A stretch of DNA of 64,000 bases, from positions 557,955 to 621,954 of the forward strand of contig NMRA01000180.1 of the NCBI GenBank assembly GCA_002633005.1. Reading direction: 5' to 3'. This DNA comes from Phoronis australis (lineage: Eukaryota; Animalia; Phoronida). Below the pieces are notes generated by a model that ran no database searches, was not told the origin of the DNA, and saw only the letters and a list, made by a program, of their open reading frames with translations. Both the position numbers and the translations under genes were made by a program. Positions 1 through 11,900 of this stretch are shown piece after piece. Position 1 is the stretch's first letter; every line of letters starts with the position of its first letter.

Positions 1-457
1 GGCCTAAATCAAAACAATAAACTTTTGAGAGAAAGCACAAGTTTAATGCCACTTTAAGTGAAGTATCAATGTTCCTTAAGTAACTGTAGTAATGCAAATT
101 ACTTCTCATGATTCACGTCACAAATTTCACAGAATTTTCCCACAACTGAGCATATATTTATTACAAACTGTACACATGAGCAAATGGAACTAAATGAATA
201 CACCAATCTCTTTAATTTTTACACAAAAGAATTGGTTCCCTTGTCAAAAATTGAGAATTTACAAATTTTCAAAGGCTGATTAAAATGTAAAACTTTTTAA
301 ACAAGTCTTATTGAAAGCATACAGACTTTCCTTCCAACATCAGCATTATCTCAATATTCATTTGCTTCGACAAAATAAAATAGCACTCATCTATTACATA
401 GCTGGCAAAACTGAAAAGCATTTACCTAACGCAGTACCTCCATTTACGTATGCGTAC

Positions 458-3400
458 CTGTTTCTGTTTGTCCTCTTCAGCCTTGGCCACCTCGGTATCT
501 GCCTTCTCCGCAGCCCGCCTCATGACCGCGATGTCTGACCTGACGTCTTCCTTAGCATTACCCATGTAGAACAACCTCAAGGCCAGGTTCTCAACCTCAC
601 TCTGAAGGTCACTTGCTGTTAACAGAAAGGAACAGGTTTAATACTAGAAGAACATGATATCAGTGTCAACAAAGTCCTGGCAATATATGTCACCAAAACA
701 GGGATCCCCTGTTCCTGGATCATGTTTCTACATGAGGTACTGTTCATAGGCAGAGAGTGAGAAACTATGTAAGGTCAGGGAACAACTGAAGGGCAGGGGG
801 AACAAATATCATTTTTCAGTTGATAATAGTGTGATGTTATAACCATTGCCTCATAAACTCATCAGGCTGTGACTATATGCTTTTAATTCAGTATCCTAGG
901 CTGTGACAGCGTGTTTACAAGAAATGCAGTCATGTGAATTCCATGACAGTCAGTGCCATCCTAGTGAAGCAATGGGTGAGCAATAAAAATAGGGTTGTGA
1001 ATTTCATGAATGGGAACTTCCACGGTACATTACATGACAAAAGGAATGAGACAAAATACCACCTCCCATCATGACGTCTATTTCTGTTTATAGCGAAAAT
1101 GACAAGCAATTACGTAACTATTTACCTAGACTAAGTGTAAAATTGCCATAGCATAACCACACACTATTGAGTTTACCCGCCTCCATGCTGTAATCACTAC
1201 TCACACTTTTTCTTTTCAACGTTGGCTGTTTCCTGTGTCTTCCTATAGAAGTCCCTTACTTCATTCAGCTCTTGCTCCGTACGCTGACGGTCATGGTTCA
1301 CCTGCGAGAATTCATCGTGGTTCTGCTCAAGAATCATCTGGTGACGAGCTGTAATATGGTAACATGGTCACATCAAACACACAGAAACACACCTACGTTT
1401 TGTGTTAGTATCGGTTTCACTCTTATCTTGACTAAGATGTACTGGGACTTTGTACTGATATCCAACATAGGTCCCACACACATTGGCTTCCATTTTCCAT
1501 GATATCTCCAAAATAGCATCGTCATCTTCCTCGAGTTAATTTTCGAGACGAAGGAAAACCTAATGAGTAATTTTGACTACCTCTGTCTAATATTTTTTCT
1601 GAAGCCTCTTCTTAAACATCTTCTATGAGTTATGACCATTGTCCATCTTCCATGAATTTATTTTTGTTACTTTATGGGTTTTCTGTGATGAATGGTATCC
1701 ATGGAAACATGGAGTAACTTTGCAAAACATTAATTAAAAAGCAAAAAGGTGCACGTGCATGTCGTTTTTTTAAAACAATTAGTTTGAATACTCAATTTTC
1801 CTAGTTAATACAGCCCAAACCCAAAGTACAGAAGTTATCAAGAACTCAATAACCCCACCCCACAAGACTCAATACTCCCACCCCACTTAACTTTGATACA
1901 CCCACTGCACACGACTTGATATCCCCACCATATAAGAGTCAATAATCCACAAGACTCGTACCCAATTCCTGCTGCAAGCCATACAGCTCCACACCAAGGT
2001 CCTCTCTCTGTTGTTTCTTGGCCTTTAATGAATGGTCCAGCTCACGGAACTCCAACGTGACCTTTTCTAACTGCTTTGACAGTTGAGTTTTCAACGCTGT
2101 TTGGAACCTTTTCATCAGAGGCTGAAATGGGGAACAAAATACAACTGCACTAGTCAATGTAATACCCAAACAACTTGGCAGGAACTACCTTAAGACGCTC
2201 AATTTGTATGCCCTAGATTTTCTTGTAAAGCAACTGAAACATCATGGATGCTCAAAATGATTTTACAAGCAGAGTTTAAATGAACTTGATGTATTGCTAC
2301 TTGGGAAATTTAGAAACAATCAGCTTTCTAATTCACATAGTCCTGGTACTAATAGTTACTGGACAAATAGGATGATAGTTGAACAAAAGAAAGTCTACAA
2401 ACATCTTTCAATATATAGTGCCTAGCTCCAGTTTAGACCATTACAAAAGTTAGCAAGAATATCAAAATTTAGTTAGTACCACAAAATTACCTTAATGTAT
2501 GCAGTTGTACTCTGCATTCCACATCATAAAAACATGCAGTGTATGGATGGCCAAATTGCCTTAAGTTTCTCTACCAACTTACATGATCTGGATCCAAGAC
2601 CACCATGTCACCTTCTTCCTCAGAATCCTCTCCACTTAGACCCTCTTCTTCATCCCCAGCACCTTCGTCTTCCTCTTCAAAGTCGTCACCACTGTCACCG
2701 TCACCACCATCGCCGCCGTCACCGCCAGCTGCACCTGGATACCCATAATCCTGTGCAACAGGGGCACTAGCTCCATCTGGTGCCTGTTGGTAGGGCTCAT
2801 CTTTCTCTGCACCAGGCTGCTCTTCTAGAATATTGTTGAACAAATTAAAACGGAATACAAACCCCGCTGAAATAGCCAACTGTTCTAGACTCAGATGGAG
2901 TTAAATTCTAAGAGTGCTACCAAGTTGATGAAAATCACGGTGGTTCACAAATACCAAATTTCAGCATATCTTGGCAGGGTTCAAACCCCCACTTGGGACA
3001 GGATCAAAAATAAAAATTGAATAAAATTTCGCCAGAAAAATGAAATCAGCTACTAAAAACCATAAAAAATCTTACACAGAAGGGGGGAAACTCTCTCCCG
3101 ACCTTCCTTCCGCTCGGCGCTATGTGCCTCGGATTCGCTCAAATCCTAAACCCCCCTTTACTGAAAACGTGGATCTGCCACTGGATTTACAGAGATGTAT
3201 TGCATTTAAAAATATTTTGTTTTAAATCAAAAGAACCAGCACACAAGTGTGTTAACATAATAAGTATATGTGCTGGTGCAGACACACTTAAGTTGACCCA
3301 CTCCAGAGTTAGTAAACAGTGCAACACCTCACCTTCTGGGTAAGAATCAGGTGCTGTTACCAGTGAACTCCTGGCCTGCTCCTCAGCACCCAGACTATCT

Positions 3401-6400
3401 GCTTGGCTCCCCCGCAAGGTGCCTCGCTGAGCCGACGGGGGTCGTGACTCTACAGAACCTGGCCTATCAGCCCTCACAGAGCCAGGACGACTCCTGGGTT
3501 GTGACCCAATGGAACCTGGTCTATCAGATCTAACAGAGCCAGGCCGACTCCTGGGTTGTGACCCTACGGAACCCGGCCTATCAGACCTAACAGAACCAGG
3601 TCTACTCCTGGGTTCGGGAGGGGGTTCTACAAAGAGGGGTATTATTGGTAGGGTGCACATAGCAAACAATGAGTGAATATATGATATAGGGTTGTCACCA
3701 ACAAAATGTTTGAAGATTGGTGGATGGTTATTTGAGAGACAGAACTAAGTTAATAATCCCAAACGTGCAGCTCACAAGGAAATGTTTAGTCAGATTCTAG
3801 TAATTTGCACACTTTGACTAGCTAGTGTAACTAGTTGTTAATGTGCTTAATACATGCAAGTGGAAGTGAAGTGCTATCAAATAATTTAACACAGCAGACA
3901 CAGTGAACCAACGGTGCAACCAATGCATGCCAAACAACCAACCTTGCATGTCCTGCTGGATGTCTGGCTCCTGATCAGCCACAGCTGAGGGTGGACGGTC
4001 CCCGACTTTGGTTCCTGAAGCCACTCTATCAGCGCCCTCTCTCAAGGAACCTGCTGATGGAGGACGATCCCCTTGGGCCGTGGCTGACCCTCCCCGGACA
4101 CCACCCGATCGCTGAGATGTGGCCGAAGGTGGACGATCCGCTTGGGCCGTAGCTGACCCTCCTCGGGCACCACCTGACCTCTGGGATGTAGCCGAGGGTG
4201 GACGGTTGTCTGCTGCTCTTTGTGACGTAGATGATGAGGGGCGGTCGGTCTTTGAAGCAGATTTGGGTCTGCCTGAGGGAGGGCGATCTTCCCGGGATCC
4301 GGCCCGTGAACCAGCCCTAGATCCAGCCCTGGAACCAGCCTGGGATCCTGATCTGGATCCTGCGTGATATCAGAAAATGACCGTAACAGTTAATTTGAAC
4401 ATTCAGGTTACTGTCTCCACTAGTCCAGTAAATAAATTAACTGTTTTGTGAGTGATGTCAGTAATTTCGTTTTAATAATTAATAAGAAACATTTCAACTC
4501 AGAAATTTAACTTGTCACACAACGAACAAATTAAACAATTTTAAGGTCTGAGAATGATTGAAAGCCTTCAGTAAGCTACAAAATCAGTGTCTCCCCTCCA
4601 CAGATTTTAGGGTAATCTACCACTACGGCTATCTGGATGTGAATGATTTGCCAACATCAATTTATTGCTACAAAGCTTGATACCATAGTCATCCTTGAAA
4701 GATATGTGTGACTGAGCACTGAAATCAGCAGACCGAACTGGAAATTTGTGCAACATTCAATGAAATAGTTTTACCTTGCTTTGCTGATGGAGGCCTTGAG
4801 CCACTTGGTTTAGGAGAGAGAGCTACATTTTCACCTTCTCCATCTGGTACTGTGTCTTGTTCCCCACCCTGGGGAGCCCCATCCTGAGCTGTGTCCCCGG
4901 GAGCTGTGTCAGTGACTCCCTCAACTTCGCCTGCATCTTGAGGTGGTTCTGTAGGGGGACCATCATCAACTGGCATGTCGCCAGTGTCAAACTATTCAAA
5001 AAAGGAATTGTTTCTAAATTAAACTACCCCTATTGCAAATCGAACAGGCATCCTATTTTCAAACCTAATTCATAAAAGTTAAGTTCTCTAGATATGTGAA
5101 TCTTTTTTATAGTCAAAATAAAAATTACACCAACAATGATTCAAGAGATACAAATCTGAATGCAATAAATAATTAGCAAATTTATCTGACTTTTGAAGCT
5201 GGTGCCAAAAGTCATTGTGACTACATGACATTTTCAGAAAAAACCAGCGTTGAACACATGGATCAAACAAATGGCAGTATTGAAGTTCACTACTACATCC
5301 ATGAAAAAACTTCAAAAAAAAACACTAAAAAACAAGCCTAACAGCTGATCAGGACTTAGTGTTTTATAAAACTTTGTACGTACATCTTGCAAAGCCTTTG
5401 TAGTTATAGCTGACACAACATCCTGTACTCCAGTACCTGATGGCTGCTCTTGAGCACTGTCAGATTTCTTGGATGCAGCTGAAGAAGGTCTGCTTTCCTT
5501 TCTACAAGTTCACAAACAAATCTACTTTATGCCTTCATACATGATTATATTTCCAATATGACAACTACTCACAATATTTTTAAGTACACTAAAAAATCTT
5601 CAGTTTGGGACACAATATGGTGGACAAAAGAAATTTCACTTGTAAAATTTCTCACCCAAAATCATACCTTTTTAAGAAAATTTACTTGAAGTTTGGTAAT
5701 TTTAGCATGGTTTGTATGGCGTAGCTATTACCACACAATACTTGGTAACATTTACAACAATGTCGTAGAAATATGGCAATTTTAGCATTACTACTTTTGT
5801 CCCAAATTGAAGATTTTTTGTGGTATTCATGATAAAAGTTAAGTCCATCACCACACAAGTGTTTTTTCCCTCATATTCACTGCACATTTTGATGTCCAAG
5901 TACGGGGTTAAAATCAAACCCATAACCTAGCCTATACTGTACAGGGCTAAACTATACTATGCTATAACTGGTCCTGGGTTTACGCAGACAGGTCTCCTAT
6001 CTGTGCTACCGCCTCTCAGCGTGACTGACCTCCTTGTAACCTTCTGCGTGTTTCTATTTGACCTCAAGCACATTGACTTGAATTGCGTTCAGTCTTCAAT
6101 TTCGTTGAAAGAACAAAGGACTACCCAAAAAAAATGTTGAATTGCTTGAGTATAAATTCGAGCTGGGGAAAATTAAAGACGTCAGTGGCCTTTTAAGGTG
6201 TCAATCTATGCTCAAAAGGTACTTATGGCAACATTACTTTGATGTTTTTTCCAGTGTGAGGCATAATTTGTTGAAAAGTTTCAAGTGTATAGCAGCCTTA
6301 GGGATGACTTCTGACAGGCAATGGTACTGAGTGAGCTAGGCTGAGCAAGTGAATCTAGCAGAATATACAAGATCACTCAAGTCTTCGGAAGATATCGCTG

Positions 6401-7445
6401 CTGTACACTTGCTTCCAGTAAATCATATGAACCTTTGTTAGGCACTCGCTAACGGGCTGAATGCATGGCTAGCAACCTTGCCGGTGTTATCGAGGTCAAT
6501 GGTTTGATTCCCAGGTCGGGTAATCTCCCAATTACTACAATTGACGTAGTTTGTAAACGGCTAATATACTGATGAAGCATTGGCAACTAGGTCCTGCAGA
6601 CTTCAGATGACCCGTATAGATGGTGTAGTAATGGTAAAAGTTCCAGGAGTCGAGGACCAGAATGAGAGCTACGCAACCTTGTGTTAATTCACCTGTTGTG
6701 GTGGCAAATATACCAAGGGGATTTGATGACCTGAATGTGAGACAATCTGGTTCAGTAGGAAAAGGGAGCATGTTGTAGACATGCTTTCAGTGAATCATAT
6801 GAGATCCTGTTAGTCATTCGTTAAAGGGAAATTGCCAATTTGCTGACTGGTTAACATGCTTATTGGTCTTATCAGGGTCGCTGGTTTGATTCCCGGGTCG
6901 TGTAATCTCGGCAATTACTGCATCACTGTGGAAGCACATAATCATACTAGCTTTAGTCATGATGAGTGTCTTGCATTTCATTATTAAAGTCTACGCCTAA
7001 AGGTAACTGAAATTTCAAACAAACTTTCATTCATTGAATACTGCTAGTAAAAATTACATGCATGACTTTTGTCTGTTAGTCAGGACACCTGCCATTGGCA
7101 TTGAAGCAAGACAGGTACCAGATTCGAAACTTGAACTAGGTGATTTTTCACTACACAATCACTTGACAAAGAGGATAGTGCGACATGAAATATTACTCAT
7201 GATGACCGAGAAGGCATTCACTGTCTTACTGAACAAAAATGATGATTTTTTTAAAGAATGTACCCATGTTGTTCAGGTTAAATAATCAACATTGGGAAAA
7301 AAGTCTTCATTTTCAATAACTCTGCAAACAAACACACACACACAGATAGCCCTTCCTTAAACATTCTAAATACATCAATTTGTCTTCCATCACATGCTAC
7401 CGGCCAAAAATTTAGCCACACTTACTTTTCTACTTGGTCAGCCAT
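458..7445 (-). CDS. CCDC40: Coiled-coil domain-containing protein 40 (axonemal 96-nm ruler subunit); 5' part, gene continues beyond the left window edge
   Basis: Manually spliced GT-AG exons with matching phases: 7426-7445 (MADQVEK), 5384-5501, 4775-4991, 3943-4359, 3333-3626, 2583-2824, 1962-2121, 1205-1348, 458-615. Peptides MVVLDPDH|PLMKRFQTALKTQL..LGVELYGLQQEL and LQSEVENLALRLFYM..DIAVMRRAAEKADTEVAKAEEDKQKQ match the CCDC40 conserved region as I recall it. The N-terminal exons are supported by phase and composition only. Confidence 0.92.
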
Positions 7446-7690
7446 ATTGTTTTGTTGCTATGTTGAAAATTGTTGAAGTTGAATTGTGGGTAATTGAGAT
7501 AATATTGGCCAATCAAAGCGCTCCTTACAGGTGGGCCTTCGGCAAAGATCAAAACAAAAATGGTGGTCGTGTCACAGGTCATGTCGGGCTTTTCGCAGTC
7601 CTGCACAAGAAAAAAGACGTGAGTTGTTTGTTAGGGTTAGGATTTGCGTGAATTGTTGTTTGTTCTGGTATCCGTTTGTAAGTTACAGGT
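7446..7690. promoter_or_regulatory. Bidirectional promoter CCDC40/TBC1D16, including a probable non-coding first exon of TBC1D16 (~7560-7688)
   Basis: CCDC40 ATG at 7445 (minus). Overlapping CCAAT boxes ATTGGCCAATC at ~7504-7514, YY1-like AAAATGGTGG at ~7557, strong plus-strand donor CAG|GTATGT at 7688/7689, and an RFX half-site GTTGCTATG at ~7454. Confidence 0.6.
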
Positions 7691-7999
7691 ATGTGAAAAA
7701 ATGTGAGGTTGAAAGGCCGTATGTTTGTTCTTTTTATGTAGCAAAAGCAACTCGATTAATGATCGCGGGTCAGTCGCCGATCACTCCACTTGACTTCAAG
7801 AATGCAAAGAGTAGTACCCATATGTGCTGGCTTTTGCTCGGTAGTTTTGTAAGCAAGATTTTCAAAGAAATTGTGTGGAATATGCTAACAGTTTTAGTAA
7901 CTTCTGGGATGATCTGGACTACAAAGGAATTACCATATGTTGCTCAAGTGACCTTCAAAATAAAAATAAGTCAGCCAAATACCTGAGCTTCCTTTTCAC

Positions 8000-8944
8000 T
8001 AGGCAATGACCATCGCCTCTGTTGGCCCGAACCAGAGGCGATGCAGAGGCTATAGGCGCTCTGTACGCCGGAAGCTTTTCGGCGAATTATGCCTCGCACC
8101 GACTAAACCATCAAAGTCACGTTGTTATAAATACCTTTTGCGCATAGAGGAACACCTTAGGAGGTTGTCGATGTGTTTAATTCCTTCCAACTCGAACAAA
8201 TACTCCCGTTATCAAACTTTTTCTTAGAGCAGTCCCTATTTCAGTTCCCAAAATCGTGAACTAAACATTTTTATACTGCGCACGCTCCAATTTTTACCGC
8301 GCTCACCAGGTGATGTGACTTCATGACCTCAATCTTTAAATAGGCCAAAGGTGAGCCACTACGGTCTTTTCAGTCAAATGTTCATTTCCAAAATGCCACC
8401 ACTTATACTTGTCTTTAATTGGCGTTACTTGAAACTGATTGTATTTCAATGAATTATTGTTTGTATTTGGTAAAAATAAATGCTGTTGATATGACATTTA
8501 ATAGTGTTTGTGCACATATTTGACATTTTAATGTTTAACAACATGGCAAATGCACGGCTGGTTCCCGGCAGCACGTACGCAGAGGGCGGGGACTTCAGCT
8601 TTCAAAGTTCACCGGTAGGACCGCAACTTCTGACCTTCGGCCTGGTTAAAAAAAATGAAAATTAAAAAAATGAAAATTTTGATTTCACGATTTTGGGAAC
8701 TGAAATAGGGACTGCTCGAAGAAAAAGTTTGATAATGGGAGTATTTGTTCGAGTTGGAAGGAATTAAACACATCGACAACCTCCTCAGGTGTTCCTCTAT
8801 GCGCAAAAGGTATTTATAACAACGTGACTTTGATGGTTTAGTCGGTGCGAGGCATAATTCGCCGAAAAGCTTCCGGCGTACAGAGCGCCTATAGCCTCTG
8901 CATCGCCTCTGGTTCGGGCCAACAGAGGCGATGGTCATTGCCTA
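8000..8944. mobile_element. Non-autonomous DNA transposon with ~270-bp TIRs, TAG...CTA termini and a 9-bp TSD (AcademH-like; Mutator is the alternative)
   Basis: Near-identical inverted repeats at 8000-~8270 and ~8673-8944 (TAGGCAATGACCATCG.../...CGATGGTCATTGCCTA). Direct repeat CCTTTTCAC at 7991-7999 and 8945-8953. No transposase ORF. Confidence 0.9.
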
Positions 8945-11900
8945 CCTTTTCACAAGACAAACTTCATTGATCTTATTAGTCAGTGAAGGTGACATAACAA
9001 GCTTGTCGGCCAAATAAGTTGATTTCTGGTATTCACCTGACAAACTTGAAATGAAAGTGCTCTTGAGAACGACACTTGTGAAGTCGAATAAAAATTTAAA
9101 GATGAGACCCACGACGAAGCCAAGATCATAAACAACCATTACCCCGACACTTCTTGCATTAAGATATGATCCTGTAAGGAGATCTGTTTACTGACCAAAT
9201 TTGAAAATGTTCAGTCAAAGGACAGCAGAGCAAGAGGTCTGTCAACTTAATTTGAAAATTGGCCGTCACAACGTCATCTTGCACCCGATTTTGCCCAAGT
9301 ACAAAATCCTCAGGCTGTTGACTAATTACACGCTGTGTGTAGACTTCATGTTGATTAGACAAAAAATGCAATCTCTAGCACAAATAGGATAGGCTACTTG
9401 TACCAAAGTGAGTTATAAACAAGTTAACAAAAGAGCAGTCTCCTGATTTATCTCGAATATCCTGAGAATGGTAAGTTGTAATTTGAAATGGTTTCTGTTG
9501 CTGATAGCACTTGAAATGATATATCCACATACTAAATTTCAGGAAGATTCATCAAGGGATGCCAAAGTGTTGCCATAAAACTCAATTAGTTGAACACCAG
9601 TTCTCACAAAATTTCAGATAACTCGACAAACAAAGAATGAACAGATGTCATGACAAAGCGACACACTGGGAGAAATTTTACTTCACCAAGTAATAATAAA
9701 CCAGTTTATAACAATACAGGTCTTGCAAGACACATTTTTATGTAGGCTCAAAATAATTCTAGAGATTCACGGGAATACCGATCTGGGCTGGTGGTCACTT
9801 ATAATGCTAATAAGATAACTAGAAATCATGATGACATGACAGAGACAAAATACCAAAACAATACCTGGTAGGGCAAAATACCCATCAAGCTTTCAAGTTG
9901 GCAATATGACTTGTATGAGACCCTTGACTCTGTTCCCTGACCACCTCAAAACCAGCAATTTCGGTGTACTTTGCCTTCCTGTAGCCAAGTCAACATTGGC
10001 CTCATTTTGGGCACTTCGTACCCCAATTTTGTTGAGCTGCCAACTTATGTTAAATGTTAAATTCTAAACCGAAGTGTTTTGGGATTTAAAGAAACGATCT
10101 TTAATTGTTGCCGTAGTAGTTGCAACTCAAGTACTCAAGTCACTAGTGATGTGTACATCCCCCATTTTTTGAATTTGCAATTTTAGGGTTGGCCAACCCC
10201 AATAAACTCTGTATAGCTGATAGTTTTGATTATGTTGGTACTTGTAGAATTCTATTACAGTTGACAATATTGTGAGATAGATTTTGTGAAAGTAAAAGAC
10301 GTGATTCGAATTTGCGTATTTAACCAGCTTTAATTTGTGTTTACGGATATTAATACTTGACATTGAGCTTGTGTAGTTTATGCATTAGCTTTCATGTATG
10401 AAGGGTTTCCCTTGAAGGTCATTTGCAGTCTTTAATCCTTCCAGAATTGGATGAAATTAGGTCATTCAAGTCATTTGCATTCGAACACAGCAGCAATGCA
10501 TTTGGTGACTGAATAGGCTGGAATGTTAAGCAGCCAACAGGGCCTGATTTGTTGACTTGTAGCTCGCCGATGCAGCCTCGGATTTTGGTTCGGGACGTGG
10601 TAAAGATCCAAGTGATCACAAAGTCATCGGATTTTTACCAGTTGTGACCAAGTGAAAGGAAGCCAGTCTATTGAGAATTCACCTGTAACAGCGAACTTTT
10701 GATACCGACGCTCTGTAGGGTAATGAGAGTGTGAAAGCAACTTCTGCTTGAAAGAAATTCAGCTACTACATAGCGGTGAAATAATTTAAAAACGGGAATA
10801 AATCTCACTGTCGGCCGTTTCGTTGTTTGCTTACGTTAAGGTTACTAATTTTATGTTAGCTTTTTAACACTAGGCTGGGATCGAAATTCTTCTGATAGCT
10901 TTATCAGTCACAACCATTGACATTGGGAAATGTATTAAACATGATGTCTTTCATCCATGGATATTTCAAGTGGTTTACCTTTTCAATAAGCCATTAGTAC
11001 ACTCCGCTGCATAGTGGTGAAAATTTTCCAGCATTATAGTTGTAGGAAATTTGTTAAAATGTTGTTCCTACCAATGGATTGAAACCTCCCATCCGCATAA
11101 CATGGGATCTGTTTGTGGCGCTGTTTGACCTGAATAGTGAATTTCAGTATGGCATGGCTATTTCAAAAATCAGCTATTCGTTAAAAATTGGTGACTTCGA
11201 TACTTTAAAAATCTTTAACATTTTCCTCCAAAATAAGACACTCTATTGATTCATAATTGTTCTATTTATTTCATGAAATAAATGCATCTGCCACCCTGAC
11301 ACATCTGACAATGCGGTCAGACTACAAGAAGTAAACGTACGGATGTCGGAATTGTCCAGCCATGATTGGCAGGGCCCAACCATCATCAGTGCACAAATAA
11401 TCCATGCTTTCGGAACGTGCTGTATGGGAAATGGGATGTCGATGCACTAAAGAAAAAAAAAACTACAAAAAACCCCACTGCATTGGCGTTTGTTATGGCC
11501 AGGACATTTACACTGCCACCTGTCAGGCTTCCTTGGTGTGACGACATGATTTACCATTTGGTGATCTGGGAATGTTGTCAGGTCACATTTGATGAGCATC
11601 TGCCCCTGAAAAACAAATTTTTAATGAGAAGATGAGTGTTATGAGGGAGGGTATTAGCCGCACAGTCAATTTGAGTAAATGCGCTTAATGTAGCTTAATT
11701 ATTGCAAGGGTTTAATAAAACACAGTACAAAAGTAGGAGTATTTTGCTTGAATAATGCAAAATGGTGCTGAAAGTCTGTTACTCAAAATTTTTGTAAACG
11801 AGATGGGCTTTCACAAAGACATTGTCAGGTACTTTCAAGGATTGTATAACTTGAGGGTTAGGTAAAGCATTTAATCATACATGCTTGTTAGACTGGAGGA

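Noticed and set aside
6030-6053. Possible 24-nt phase 2-2 microexon of CCDC40
   Set aside because: The donor GAG|GTCAGT is plausible but the acceptor lacks a pyrimidine tract; unsupported without RNA data.
7452-7467. Full RFX X-box for CCDC40
   Set aside because: Only the GTTGCTATG half matches; the second half is not palindromic.
8006-8938. Two near-identical ORFs on opposite strands (MTIASVGPNQRR..)
   Set aside because: They are mirror translations of the transposon's TIRs, not genes.
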